Source of the DNA: Clostridiales bacterium
GTDB taxonomy: Bacteria > Bacillota > Clostridia > Caldicoprobacterales > UBA3941
Length of the DNA stretch: 30,639 nucleotides
Direction of reading: 5' to 3'
Assembly: GCA_012522165.1 (NCBI GenBank)
Contig: JAAYKZ010000021.1
Coordinates: 1 to 30,639 of the forward strand
The first letter of the stretch is position 1. The number at the start of each line of letters is the position of its first letter. The position numbers and the translations under genes were made by a program. The notes beneath the pieces are model-generated. The model was given only the letters and a program-made list of their open reading frames with translations, ran no database searches and had not been told where the DNA came from. This document shows, piece by piece, positions 16,475 to 25,346 of this stretch.

Positions 16475-18147
16475 ATTTCTAAACTGTTATACTTTCTATG
16501 AGCCAAGGCGAACAATCCATAGATACTGGGCACTGATAGCAGCACAATAATCAAGGCTAAAATTCCATATATCCACAATTCGGAGATTCCTTTTAAAGCC
16601 AATAAAACAGCGATTCCACCTAGTATAAACATTATAAACATAACAGCAAGCATGGCCAAGAAAGCATTCAAGTTTTGCTTTATGGCTTCCTGTGGGTCAT
16701 TCCATTCTAATTTGGGGCGTAGTAGATCTATAATCAGCCCCAGAATATTTATAAGTATATTTGCCAACAACCCTATAAAGATTATTATAATCAGCCTATA
16801 TAAAAGCATGTCTAATAGGAAATATAAGGGCAGGGCTATTAAAATTAGTGCTATCAGAGATAGACAGCTGCTGTGAATGAGCTTTGCTAAAACCTGATCT
16901 TTAGGAGATACAGGTATCAACTTGGATATCCAAAAGGTCCGTCCTTCTCTAGATATAGAGGTGGATGAAATTAAATTCATGCTAGAAGCAAAGAGCATAA
17001 TCCCTAAGGAAACAAGGGCAGCTATAGGAGCATATTTAGGATCTTTTGCCAGGCTTACCACTTCTGACATTTTTTCTGTCTGAGTCGCTAAAGGCATTAA
17101 CATTAAAAAGGGAACCATGATCATTCCTGCGATACCATTCATGAAATATATGGGTGTTCGTATAAATAGTTTCCATTCTCTTTTAAACAAAGCCACAACA
17201 GGAGAAGCAGTCTTTAGTGCTCTTTTTTCCATATCCCCAGCTGATATAGCTTTAGCCTTACGCTGCACCTCTTGACCAGAAAGATATCCCTTATAGAAGA
17301 AGGCATTGCCCAGCCATAAAAGCACGGCAAGTAGTAGCAAGGATAAACCAATAAATAGAAGGAAATACCCCAATCCTTGCCAACCAGGGCTGGTAAGGCC
17401 TAAAGTAGCCCAGATGCTGGGAGGAAATTTATTTCCAATGGCTTCTATAAGTCCAGTGTTGCTTTCTATTAGGCTGGTGATAAACTCTTTTTCATTGCCT
17501 TGAGGTATACTCTGTGTTAAAAAGTTTACGCCTATGCCTAGAAAAAGACCAAGAAGACTACCTAGCACCACCATCAAATCTTTACTTTTACGGATATTGA
17601 TAAACCGCATAAGCAGTATAACGAATATAGCTGCAATAACCAAAGGCAGTATAGGTGCCATTAGCACCAATATAAGGCCTTTTAGCCAATAGAATATATT
17701 TGACCAGGTGCCTAAACCGTATATAATAAAGGCAGGAAGTAACATGGGAAGAGCTATAAGATATTCACCTATTAGTATTATTATAAACTTAACCCCAAGC
17801 ACCTCTGCAGGTCTTAAAGGCAGGGGAATTAGTATATTCATATCATTGGAAAAATAAAAGACTGACATTATATAGAATATGCCAAAGATTAATATAAGCA
17901 GTTGAGTTGCCATAAAGGCAAAGGTAAGCACTATTTCAGGATGACCTATACCCTGGCCTCCCATAAAAACACCTAGGAGTAAAAAGCTGTATAGCACCAG
18001 TAAACTACCGCCACCTATGACAACAGCAAATAGCACAAGGATAGGCTCCCATAGGCGTTTTTTTTCTTTAGTAAATCGGTATTTTAGGGCGGAGATACCA
18101 AAGTACACATTTAGGTTGGTTTTTAATAGGGACATAAAGGTTTTCAT
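16471..18147 (-). CDS. ABC exporter permease (long, many TM helices)
   Basis: 558 aa, highly hydrophobic, duplicated ABC-2-like halves (LIPLPLRPAEVLGVKF; LIPVSPKDQVLAKL); coupled to the ATPase. Confidence 0.85.
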   Translation of the reverse strand: MKTFMSLLKTNLNVYFGISALKYRFTKEKKRLWEPILVLFAVVIGGGSLLVLYSFLLLGVFMGGQGIGHPEIVLTFAFMATQLLILIFGIFYIMSVFYFSNDMNILIPLPLRPAEVLGVKFIIILIGEYLIALPMLLPAFIIYGLGTWSNIFYWLKGLILVLMAPILPLVIAAIFVILLMRFINIRKSKDLMVVLGSLLGLFLGIGVNFLTQSIPQGNEKEFITSLIESNTGLIEAIGNKFPPSIWATLGLTSPGWQGLGYFLLFIGLSLLLLAVLLWLGNAFFYKGYLSGQEVQRKAKAISAGDMEKRALKTASPVVALFKREWKLFIRTPIYFMNGIAGMIMVPFLMLMPLATQTEKMSEVVSLAKDPKYAPIAALVSLGIMLFASSMNLISSTSISREGRTFWISKLIPVSPKDQVLAKLIHSSCLSLIALILIALPLYFLLDMLLYRLIIIIFIGLLANILINILGLIIDLLRPKLEWNDPQEAIKQNLNAFLAMLAVMFIMFILGGIAVLLALKGISELWIYGILALIIVLLSVPSIYGLFALAHRKYNSLEI

Positions 18148-18866
18148 ATTTCAGTCAACTCCAAGAAAATATTTTCCAGTGAATCAGCCTGTTCTCCATG
18201 CCTTAGCTCATCCAAAGTACCTATGGCTATGAGCTTGCCTTTGTTAATAATGCCTATCCGATCACACAGCTTTTCAGCTACTTCTAAGACGTGGGTAGAG
18301 AAAAAAACTGTATTGCCTTGATCACAGTGTTTTCTCATAAATTCTTTCAAAAGATGGGATGACTTTGGATCCAGGCCTACCATGGGTTCATCCAAAATCC
18401 AGACAGCAGGATTGTGGAGCAAAGCCCCCGTTAGCACTATCTTTTGTTTCATTCCATGGGAGTAACTTTTGATTAGGTCACCTACTGCATCAGTTAAGTT
18501 AAACATCTCCAATAGATAGCTTATTCTTTCCTTTCGCTCCTTGGCTGGTACTTTATAGACGTCTGCCATAAAGTTTAAATATTCCATACCAGTTAATCGA
18601 TCGTAAACGTCTGGATTATCAGGCACATATCCTATGTTTCGTTTAGCCTCTAGGGGATTTTTCATCATATCAATTCCTGCAATACTAATGGAGCCATTAT
18701 CAGGAGTTAATAGGCCAACCATCATTTTTATGGTTGTGGTTTTACCAGCGCCATTTGGGCCTAAAAAGCCAAATATTTCACCTGGTTTAACATGAAGGTT
18801 TAAATCATCCACAGCCTTAACACGGCCTTTATTATAGCTCTTTGAAAGACTTTTAATCTCTATCAT
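18144..18866 (-). CDS. ABC transporter ATP-binding protein
   Basis: GPNGAGKTT, YSHGMKQK, ILDEPMVGLDP and STH motifs. Confidence 0.95.
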   Translation of the reverse strand: MIEIKSLSKSYNKGRVKAVDDLNLHVKPGEIFGFLGPNGAGKTTTIKMMVGLLTPDNGSISIAGIDMMKNPLEAKRNIGYVPDNPDVYDRLTGMEYLNFMADVYKVPAKERKERISYLLEMFNLTDAVGDLIKSYSHGMKQKIVLTGALLHNPAVWILDEPMVGLDPKSSHLLKEFMRKHCDQGNTVFFSTHVLEVAEKLCDRIGIINKGKLIAIGTLDELRHGEQADSLENIFLELTEI

Positions 18867-18939
18867 ATTGTTACTCCTTTGCTTTTTTTACCATCCTTAT
18901 TATTTTACCATGAAATTTCCGTCGTTTAAAGGAAATATA

Positions 18940-18987
18940 TGATATAATTATTAAAGTTGTTTAGAGGTAATCTCTGATATAATTATT
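18940..18987 (+). promoter_or_regulatory. Tandem extended -10 promoter elements upstream of galU
   Basis: TGATATAATTATT repeated at 18940-18952 and 18975-18987; each contains TGnTATAAT. Confidence 0.5.
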
Positions 18988-19013
18988 TAAAAAATGTGAA
19001 TGGGGTGTTTCAA

Positions 19014-19913
19014 TTGAAAGTACGTAAAGCTATTATTCCTGCTGCAGGTCTAGGCACACGGTTTTTACCGGCTACCAAAGCGCAGCCCAAGGAAATGCTG
19101 CCTATAGTGGACAAGCCCACTATTCAATATATTATAGAAGAAGCTATTGCTTCGGGTATTGAAAGTATAATTATAGTTACAGGCCGTAATAAGAGATCCA
19201 TTGAAGATCATTTTGATCGATCCTTGGAGTTAGAATACTCTCTAAAGAAGAGCAAAAGGGAAGATTTATTAAAATTGGTTGAAGATATATCCAATATGGT
19301 GGATATTCATTATATCAGGCAGAAAGAGCCCAAGGGATTAGGGCATGCCATATACTGCGCTCATTCCTTTATTGGAAATGAACCTTTTGCAGTATTGTTG
19401 GGTGACGATATAGTCCATTCTAAAGTTCCATGCTTAAAACAGCTTATTGATGTATACGAGGAGTATAAAACCACTATACTAGGGTGCCAATTTGTTGACC
19501 AAAGTCAAGTGAATAAATATGGTATAGTGGACGGAAAGCTAATTGAAAATGATGTGTACAAGGTTAAGGATCTAGTAGAAAAGCCAAAGATAGAAGAAGC
19601 TCCCTCCAATATGGCTATATTAGGCAGATACATAATTACTCCTAGAATTTTTGAACATTTAGAGAATACAAAGCCTGGGGCAGGAGGGGAAATCCAATTA
19701 ACTGATGCTTTAAGATCCTTGGCAAAGGAAGAAGCTATGTATGCTTTTAATTTCCAAGGTAAAAGATATGATGTAGGAAACAAATTAGGATACCTTGAAG
19801 CCACTATGGAATTTACCCTTCGCAATCCAGAGTTAAGGGAAGACTTTAAAGAATATATACAAAACTTGATTGAAACTGACCTATTTAAAACAGGGGAAGA
19901 AGGCAAAATCTAA
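19014..19913 (+). CDS. galU: UTP--glucose-1-phosphate uridylyltransferase
   Basis: IIPAAGLGTRFLPATKAQPKEMLP, GLGHAI, VEKP and GEIQLTDA motifs; TTG 19014 follows GGGGTG. Confidence 0.96.
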   Translation: MKVRKAIIPAAGLGTRFLPATKAQPKEMLPIVDKPTIQYIIEEAIASGIESIIIVTGRNKRSIEDHFDRSLELEYSLKKSKREDLLKLVEDISNMVDIHYIRQKEPKGLGHAIYCAHSFIGNEPFAVLLGDDIVHSKVPCLKQLIDVYEEYKTTILGCQFVDQSQVNKYGIVDGKLIENDVYKVKDLVEKPKIEEAPSNMAILGRYIITPRIFEHLENTKPGAGGEIQLTDALRSLAKEEAMYAFNFQGKRYDVGNKLGYLEATMEFTLRNPELREDFKEYIQNLIETDLFKTGEEGKI

Positions 19914-19931
19914 AGAATAAGGTGAATGCGT

Positions 19932-21668
19932 ATGGAGTACAGAAAAAAGTATGAGCAATGGCTTAATAGTCCAATAATTGACCATAAAACAAAAGAAGAA
20001 TTAAAATTAATAGCTGATGATGAAAAGGAAATAGAAGATCGGTTTTATAAGGATTTAGAATTTGGTACAGGAGGGCTTAGAGGAGTAATTGGTGCAGGAT
20101 CCAATAGGATGAATATATATACTGTAGGGAAGGCTACTCAAGGCCTAGCTAACTATATTAAAAAGCATGGCAAAGAGGCCATGGACAGAGGCGTAGTTAT
20201 TGCCTATGACTCCAGGAGAATGTCATCGGAGTTTGCTGAGAGAGTGGCGCTGATTTTAAATGGAAATGGCATTAAAGCCTTTTTATACAGCGAGCTTCAA
20301 CCCGTTGCCGTACTATCCTTTACTGTAAGGGAACTAGGCGCCATAGCAGGTGTTGTAATAACTGCTAGCCATAATCCTCCCCAATACAATGGATATAAAG
20401 TTTATTGGGAAGATGGGGCTCAAATCGGGCTAGAAAGGGCCAATGAGATAATAACTGAGATTAACGCTATAAAAGATTTCGGAGAAATAAAGGATATGCC
20501 TAGAAAGCAGGCTTTAGAAAAAGGCTTGCTAAATATCATTGGAGAAGAAGTCTTAGCAAAATATGTAGCCAGAGTAGTTGGCCTATCCCTTAATCCTGAG
20601 CTGGTAAAAGACATGGGAAATAGGGTAAATATCATATATACTCCCCTACATGGCTCAGGTAACAAACTGGTGCGTCGGGTATTGGATAAGGTAGGCTTTA
20701 AAAATGTAAAAGTGGTGCCTGAGCAAGAACTTCCTGACCCGGATTTTAGTACGGTAGAATATCCTAACCCCGAAGAACGGGCTGTATTTGAGCTGGCCAT
20801 AGAGATGGCTAGGAAAGAGGGCAATAATACCGATATAATTTTAGGCACTGATCCTGACTGTGACAGGGTAGGTGTAGTGGTAAAAAATGCAGAAGGGGAA
20901 TATGTTGTACTTACCGGTAATCAGGTAGGAGCTTTATTGACGGATTATGTTTTAGGCACCTTAAAGAAAAAGAATGGCTTACCTGAAGATGGTGTTGTAA
21001 TAAAGACCATTGTAACTAGTAAAATGGGAGAAAAGATAGCCAAATCCTATGGCGTAGATGTTATGGATACCCTGACAGGATTTAAGTTTATAGGGGAAAA
21101 AATGGGTGAATTTGAGAAAACCAAGAGCAACACCTACCTATTTGGCTATGAAGAAAGCTACGGATATTTGGCCGGGGACTTTGTGCGTGATAAGGACGGG
21201 GTATCCTCATCCATGCTAATTTGCGAGATGGCGGCTTATTATAAGTCTAAGGATATGAGCTTATATGAGGGATTACAAGAACTATGGGAGAAATACGGCT
21301 ATTTCCATGAAGAGTTAAAGTCTGTTGAGGCAGAAGGAAAAGAGGGCATGGAGCAAATTGCCCAATTGATGGAGGGACTTCGCCAAACCCCTCCTAAAGA
21401 ACTGGCTGGCGTTAAGGTTGTAGTCATAGAAGATTACAAAGAAAGCAAGAGCTATAACCTAATGGACAATAGCATATCTCCTATAGAATTGCCAGTATCC
21501 GATGTTTTACGTTATACCCTGGAAGATGAATCTTGGTTTGCCATTCGACCTTCTGGAACAGAGCCCAAGGTAAAGCTATATTTCTCAGTCATAGGACAGA
21601 GTGTAGAAGATGCCAAAAACAAAATGGAAAAATTAATAAAGGCAGTTGAACAAAGGATACAAAGCTAG
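19932..21668 (+). CDS. pgm: Phosphoglucomutase / phosphomannomutase
   Basis: FGTGGLRG, ITASHNP (phospho-Ser), DPDCDR metal loop, GYEES and RPSGTEPK; ATG 19932 is 6 nt after AAGGTGA. Confidence 0.95.
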   Translation: MEYRKKYEQWLNSPIIDHKTKEELKLIADDEKEIEDRFYKDLEFGTGGLRGVIGAGSNRMNIYTVGKATQGLANYIKKHGKEAMDRGVVIAYDSRRMSSEFAERVALILNGNGIKAFLYSELQPVAVLSFTVRELGAIAGVVITASHNPPQYNGYKVYWEDGAQIGLERANEIITEINAIKDFGEIKDMPRKQALEKGLLNIIGEEVLAKYVARVVGLSLNPELVKDMGNRVNIIYTPLHGSGNKLVRRVLDKVGFKNVKVVPEQELPDPDFSTVEYPNPEERAVFELAIEMARKEGNNTDIILGTDPDCDRVGVVVKNAEGEYVVLTGNQVGALLTDYVLGTLKKKNGLPEDGVVIKTIVTSKMGEKIAKSYGVDVMDTLTGFKFIGEKMGEFEKTKSNTYLFGYEESYGYLAGDFVRDKDGVSSSMLICEMAAYYKSKDMSLYEGLQELWEKYGYFHEELKSVEAEGKEGMEQIAQLMEGLRQTPPKELAGVKVVVIEDYKESKSYNLMDNSISPIELPVSDVLRYTLEDESWFAIRPSGTEPKVKLYFSVIGQSVEDAKNKMEKLIKAVEQRIQS

Positions 21669-21682
21669 CAGGGGAGATTTAA

Positions 21683-22369
21683 ATGAGAGGTACTTTTTTA
21701 TTTGACTTGGATGGAACTTTGCTTCCTTTCGAGATAGAAGATTTTATGAAAATTTATTTCAGTGAGATGGGTAAGCATTTTCATGATATGATAGATGGTA
21801 AGGTGTTGGCCAAATATATTTTGGCCTCCACCGAGGCCATGGTTAAAAATTTGGAACCGCGGCCTAATGAAGAAAAGTTTATGGAGCATTTTGCAAAATT
21901 ATTAAAAACTGACGACTTAGGGGCATACAAGGAAAAGTTTGACCTATTTTATGATGAAAAGTTTGATAGGGTAAGGGAATGTGTAGAAGAGGTATCATTG
22001 ATAAAAGACGCTATAGAGATACTCAAATCCAAAGGTTATAACTTAGTAGTAGCCACTAATCCCATCTTTCCCATAAAAGCTATACATAAACGGATTGAAT
22101 GGGCAGGACTTAATGTTGAGGACTTTTCCTATATAACCTGTTACCAGAAAAACTGTTATTGTAAACCCCATATAGAGTTTTATCAGGAAGTTCTAGATGC
22201 AATTGGGAAAAAACCAGATGAATGCTATATGGTAGGCAATGATGTACAGGAGGATTTGGTAGCAGAAAAACTTGGTATAGAGACCTATCTTATCACCAAT
22301 TATATGATCAATAGAGACAATGAGGAGATTAGAAGCACTTATAAGGGAACTTATGAGGATTTTTATTAG
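21683..22369 (+). CDS. HAD-superfamily hydrolase; a premature TAG may remove the last 9 sense codons (frame open to 22399)
   Basis: FDLDGTL, VATN, CKP and MVGND motifs; sequence after the TAG reads FVKGFEAVS*. Confidence 0.88.
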   Translation: MRGTFLFDLDGTLLPFEIEDFMKIYFSEMGKHFHDMIDGKVLAKYILASTEAMVKNLEPRPNEEKFMEHFAKLLKTDDLGAYKEKFDLFYDEKFDRVRECVEEVSLIKDAIEILKSKGYNLVVATNPIFPIKAIHKRIEWAGLNVEDFSYITCYQKNCYCKPHIEFYQEVLDAIGKKPDECYMVGNDVQEDLVAEKLGIETYLITNYMINRDNEEIRSTYKGTYEDFY

Positions 22370-22430
22370 TTTGTTAAGGGATTTGAAGCGGTTTCATAGA
22401 TTTAATTTCATAAAAAGGGGAGATAAAAAT

Positions 22431-24089
22431 ATGAAACCCAGAAAAGTGGTTATAGTAGGAGGAGTAGCAGGGGGTGCTAGTGCCGCAGCTCGCCTTCGCA
22501 GATTGGATGAGGATATGAAGATAATCCTATTTGAGCGAGGGGAGCATATATCCTACGCCAATTGCGGGCTTCCATACTACATTGGAGGAGTAATCAAGGA
22601 TAAAGAGGACTTATTAGTTCAGACCCCAGAAGGGATGAGGCAGCGATTTAATATTGATATTCGTGTAATGAGTGAAGTTTTAGATATAGATGCAGAAAGA
22701 AAACAGGTAAAGGTAAAAAACAGGGTTACTGGTGAGAGCTACTTTGAAAGCTATGATAAACTTATCCTATCTCCAGGAGCTGAACCTGTAAGGCCTCCTA
22801 TACCAGGAATTGAGGGAAAAAATATTTATACCTTGCGCAATGTAAGGGATACCTTTGATATAGAGGATTATATAGTCAATAATGATTGCAAGGATGCTGT
22901 CGTGGTAGGAGGTGGCTTTATAGGCCTGGAGATGGCGGAAAATCTTTGTCATCGTGGCTTAAAAGTAACCATAGTAGAGATGGCAGATCAGGTAATGGCT
23001 CCATTAGATTATGAGATGGCTGCCATTATACATAAATATCTTAAGACCAAGGATATTGAGCTTGTATTAAAGGATGGAGTTAAGGCCTTTTGCCAAAAGG
23101 GTGGGAAGACTCTTGTTGAGCTACAGAGCGGTGCAAAACTAGAAACAGATCTAGTGATTTTAGCCATAGGTGTTAGGCCGGAAACTACCCTGGCTCAGAA
23201 AGCAGGATTGGAGATAGGTGATACTGGGGGAATAAAGGTTAATAAACACTTACAGACATCTAATCCCCATATATATGCTGTTGGAGATGCTGTGGAGATT
23301 GTAGACTTTATCAATGGAAGCCCAGCATTAATACCTTTGGCTGGTCCAGCCAACAAGCAAGGTAGAATTGCAGCAAATCATATTTGGGGTATTGAGGATA
23401 CCTACAAGGCAACTCAAGGAACTTCCATAGTAAAACTTTTTGATATTACAGCAGCTGTTACAGGGAACAATGAAAAAACTTTGAAAAAGTTTAATATTCC
23501 CTATCAGTGTGTCCATGTTCACTCTCCTTCCCATGCGACTTACTATCCAGGTGCTACCTTAATGGCTATAAAGGTGCTATTTAGCCCAGATGATGGTCAA
23601 CTCTTGGGTGCACAGATAGTGGGATACAAAGGAGTAGACAAAAGAATTGACGTTTTAGCTACTGCTATCAGAGGCAGGATGACAGTGTATGATCTTCAGG
23701 AACTGGAGCTAGCCTATGCACCCCCCTATTCATCAGCCAAAGATCCAGTTAATATGGCAGGCTACGTTGCCTCCAACACCTTAATGGGGCATCATCCCAT
23801 TATACAGTGGTATGAGATTCAAGAGTTAGACAAAGAAAACACCATACTTCTGGATACCAGAACTAGAGAAGAATATAGCATGGGTACAATCCCGGGATCT
23901 ATTAATATACCGGTAGATGAGCTTAGGCAAAATCTGGATAGATTAGCAGATTATAAGGATAAAGAAGTTGTAGTATACTGTAGATCAGGTCAGAGAAGCT
24001 ATATTGCTACAAGGATTCTGTTGCAAAAGGGCTTTAATAAGGTGCGCAACTTAAGTGGGGGATATTTGACCTGGAGTATGGCAAATTAA
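22431..24089 (+). CDS. cdr: CoA-disulfide reductase / NAD(P)H:flavin oxidoreductase fused to a rhodanese domain
   Basis: GGVAGG FAD motif, SYANCGLPY redox Cys, GGGFIGLE, YAVGD, LAYAPP; rhodanese VYCRSGQRS. ATG 22431 follows AGGGGAG. Confidence 0.9.
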   Translation: MKPRKVVIVGGVAGGASAAARLRRLDEDMKIILFERGEHISYANCGLPYYIGGVIKDKEDLLVQTPEGMRQRFNIDIRVMSEVLDIDAERKQVKVKNRVTGESYFESYDKLILSPGAEPVRPPIPGIEGKNIYTLRNVRDTFDIEDYIVNNDCKDAVVVGGGFIGLEMAENLCHRGLKVTIVEMADQVMAPLDYEMAAIIHKYLKTKDIELVLKDGVKAFCQKGGKTLVELQSGAKLETDLVILAIGVRPETTLAQKAGLEIGDTGGIKVNKHLQTSNPHIYAVGDAVEIVDFINGSPALIPLAGPANKQGRIAANHIWGIEDTYKATQGTSIVKLFDITAAVTGNNEKTLKKFNIPYQCVHVHSPSHATYYPGATLMAIKVLFSPDDGQLLGAQIVGYKGVDKRIDVLATAIRGRMTVYDLQELELAYAPPYSSAKDPVNMAGYVASNTLMGHHPIIQWYEIQELDKENTILLDTRTREEYSMGTIPGSINIPVDELRQNLDRLADYKDKEVVVYCRSGQRSYIATRILLQKGFNKVRNLSGGYLTWSMAN

Positions 24090-24096
24090 CAAAAAC

Positions 24097-24129
24097 AAAG
24101 CTGCTAAGTTCGTAGTTCTTAGCAGCTTT
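24097..24129. terminator. Bidirectional intrinsic terminator between cdr and fba
   Basis: AAAGCTGCTAAG (24097-24108) / CTTAGCAGCTTT (24118-24129), perfect 12-bp inverted repeat. Confidence 0.85.
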
Positions 24130-24155
24130 ATTATATCTTGTCCATATAGGGTCAA

Positions 24156-25085
24156 TTATGCTTTGTTATTGCATCCTAGTACATTTATAATCTTATGGCG
24201 TACAATTTCTTTAATAGCTTCTCTAGCTGCTCCTAGATATTGTCTAGGATCGAAAGCCTCTGGATTTTCAGCCATAAATTTACGAACTGTAGCAGTCATG
24301 GCCAGTCTAAGGTCAGAGTCTATATTGATCTTACATACTGCCATGGAAGCGGCCTTACGCAGCATATCCTCTGGAACACCTTTAGCACCAGGCATATTTC
24401 CGCCATATTTATTTATCATTTCTACATATTGCTGAGGGACTGAGGATGCACCATGCAGAACAATAGGGAATCCAGGGAGTCTTCTTTGAATTTCTTCAAG
24501 AATATCAAATCTTAGTTTTGGCTCTCCTTTAAACTTGAAAGCACCATGACTGGTACCAATAGCAATGGCTAGGGAATCCACACCGGTTCTTTCAACAAAT
24601 TCTTCTACTTCATCGGGGTTAGTATATACTGCATCTTCTTCTGAAACATTTACGTCATCTTCAACCCCTGCAAGTCTGCCCAATTCACCTTCAACAACTA
24701 CTCCACGATCATGAGCATAATCAACTACTTGTTTGGTAAGTTTGATATTTTCTTCGAATGGAAGATGGGAACCGTCAATCATAACAGAGGTAAATCCACC
24801 ATCAATACAGGCTTTACAAATTTCAAAGCTGTCACCGTGGTCTAGATGGAGAGCTATAGGAAGGTCAGTTTCTTTAATGGCTGCTTCCACAAGCTTCATT
24901 AGATATGTGTGTTTAGCATATTTTCTAGCTCCTGCAGAAACCTGAAGAATTAGAGGGGCATTCTCTTCTTTAGCGGCTTCTGTAATACCTTGAACGATTT
25001 CCATATTATTCACGTTGAAGGCACCTATTGCATACCCACCTTCATAGGCTTTTTTGAACATTTCTGTGGTTGTTACCAAAGGCAT
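24156..25085 (-). CDS. fba: Class II fructose-1,6-bisphosphate aldolase
   Basis: GAFNVNN, ALHLDHG, EGELG, AIGTSHGAFK, VLHGAS and KINIDSD motifs. Confidence 0.96.
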   Translation of the reverse strand: MPLVTTTEMFKKAYEGGYAIGAFNVNNMEIVQGITEAAKEENAPLILQVSAGARKYAKHTYLMKLVEAAIKETDLPIALHLDHGDSFEICKACIDGGFTSVMIDGSHLPFEENIKLTKQVVDYAHDRGVVVEGELGRLAGVEDDVNVSEEDAVYTNPDEVEEFVERTGVDSLAIAIGTSHGAFKFKGEPKLRFDILEEIQRRLPGFPIVLHGASSVPQQYVEMINKYGGNMPGAKGVPEDMLRKAASMAVCKINIDSDLRLAMTATVRKFMAENPEAFDPRQYLGAAREAIKEIVRHKIINVLGCNNKA

Positions 25086-25346
25086 ATATAATCACTCCTC
25101 AAACTTATTTTATGTAAAAAATTAGCCTGTCAACTTCATTCTATCAAATCTTCGAGAAAAATCAACAAGTATTGAAAAAAATATGAAAAGCAAATTTCAT
25201 CTAAAAAGCAACTAAATGAAAACTTACCATTTTCAACATATTCCAAATATTGCGGCTGAAATATAAAATTGGAAAGTGCCAAAATATTAGCTGTTGTGAT
25301 ATAATAAACAAGATAACTTATAAAAATACAGAAGCAAAGGAAGGTT

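Noticed and set aside
19505-20848. Antisense ORFs of 133 aa (19505-19906) and 142 aa (20420-20848) within galU and pgm
   Set aside because: Ser/Phe/Leu-rich shadow frames typical of the reverse strand of AT-rich Lys/Glu-rich genes. The same applies to the other 60-115 aa overlapping ORFs in the track.
22320-22430. 37-aa N-terminal extension of cdr in the ORF track
   Set aside because: It overlaps the HAD gene and lacks an RBS; ATG 22431 has AGGGGAG and starts at the family's usual N-terminus.
25107-25133. TTGACA...TAAAAT upstream of fba (minus strand)
   Set aside because: The spacer is only 15 nt, so I did not call it as a sigmaA promoter.
25086-25346. SAM-I riboswitch or T-box upstream of metH
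   Set aside because: No S-box core and no T-box GGTGGnACCGCG/terminator pattern is visible; only a TGnTATAAT element at 25297-25305.
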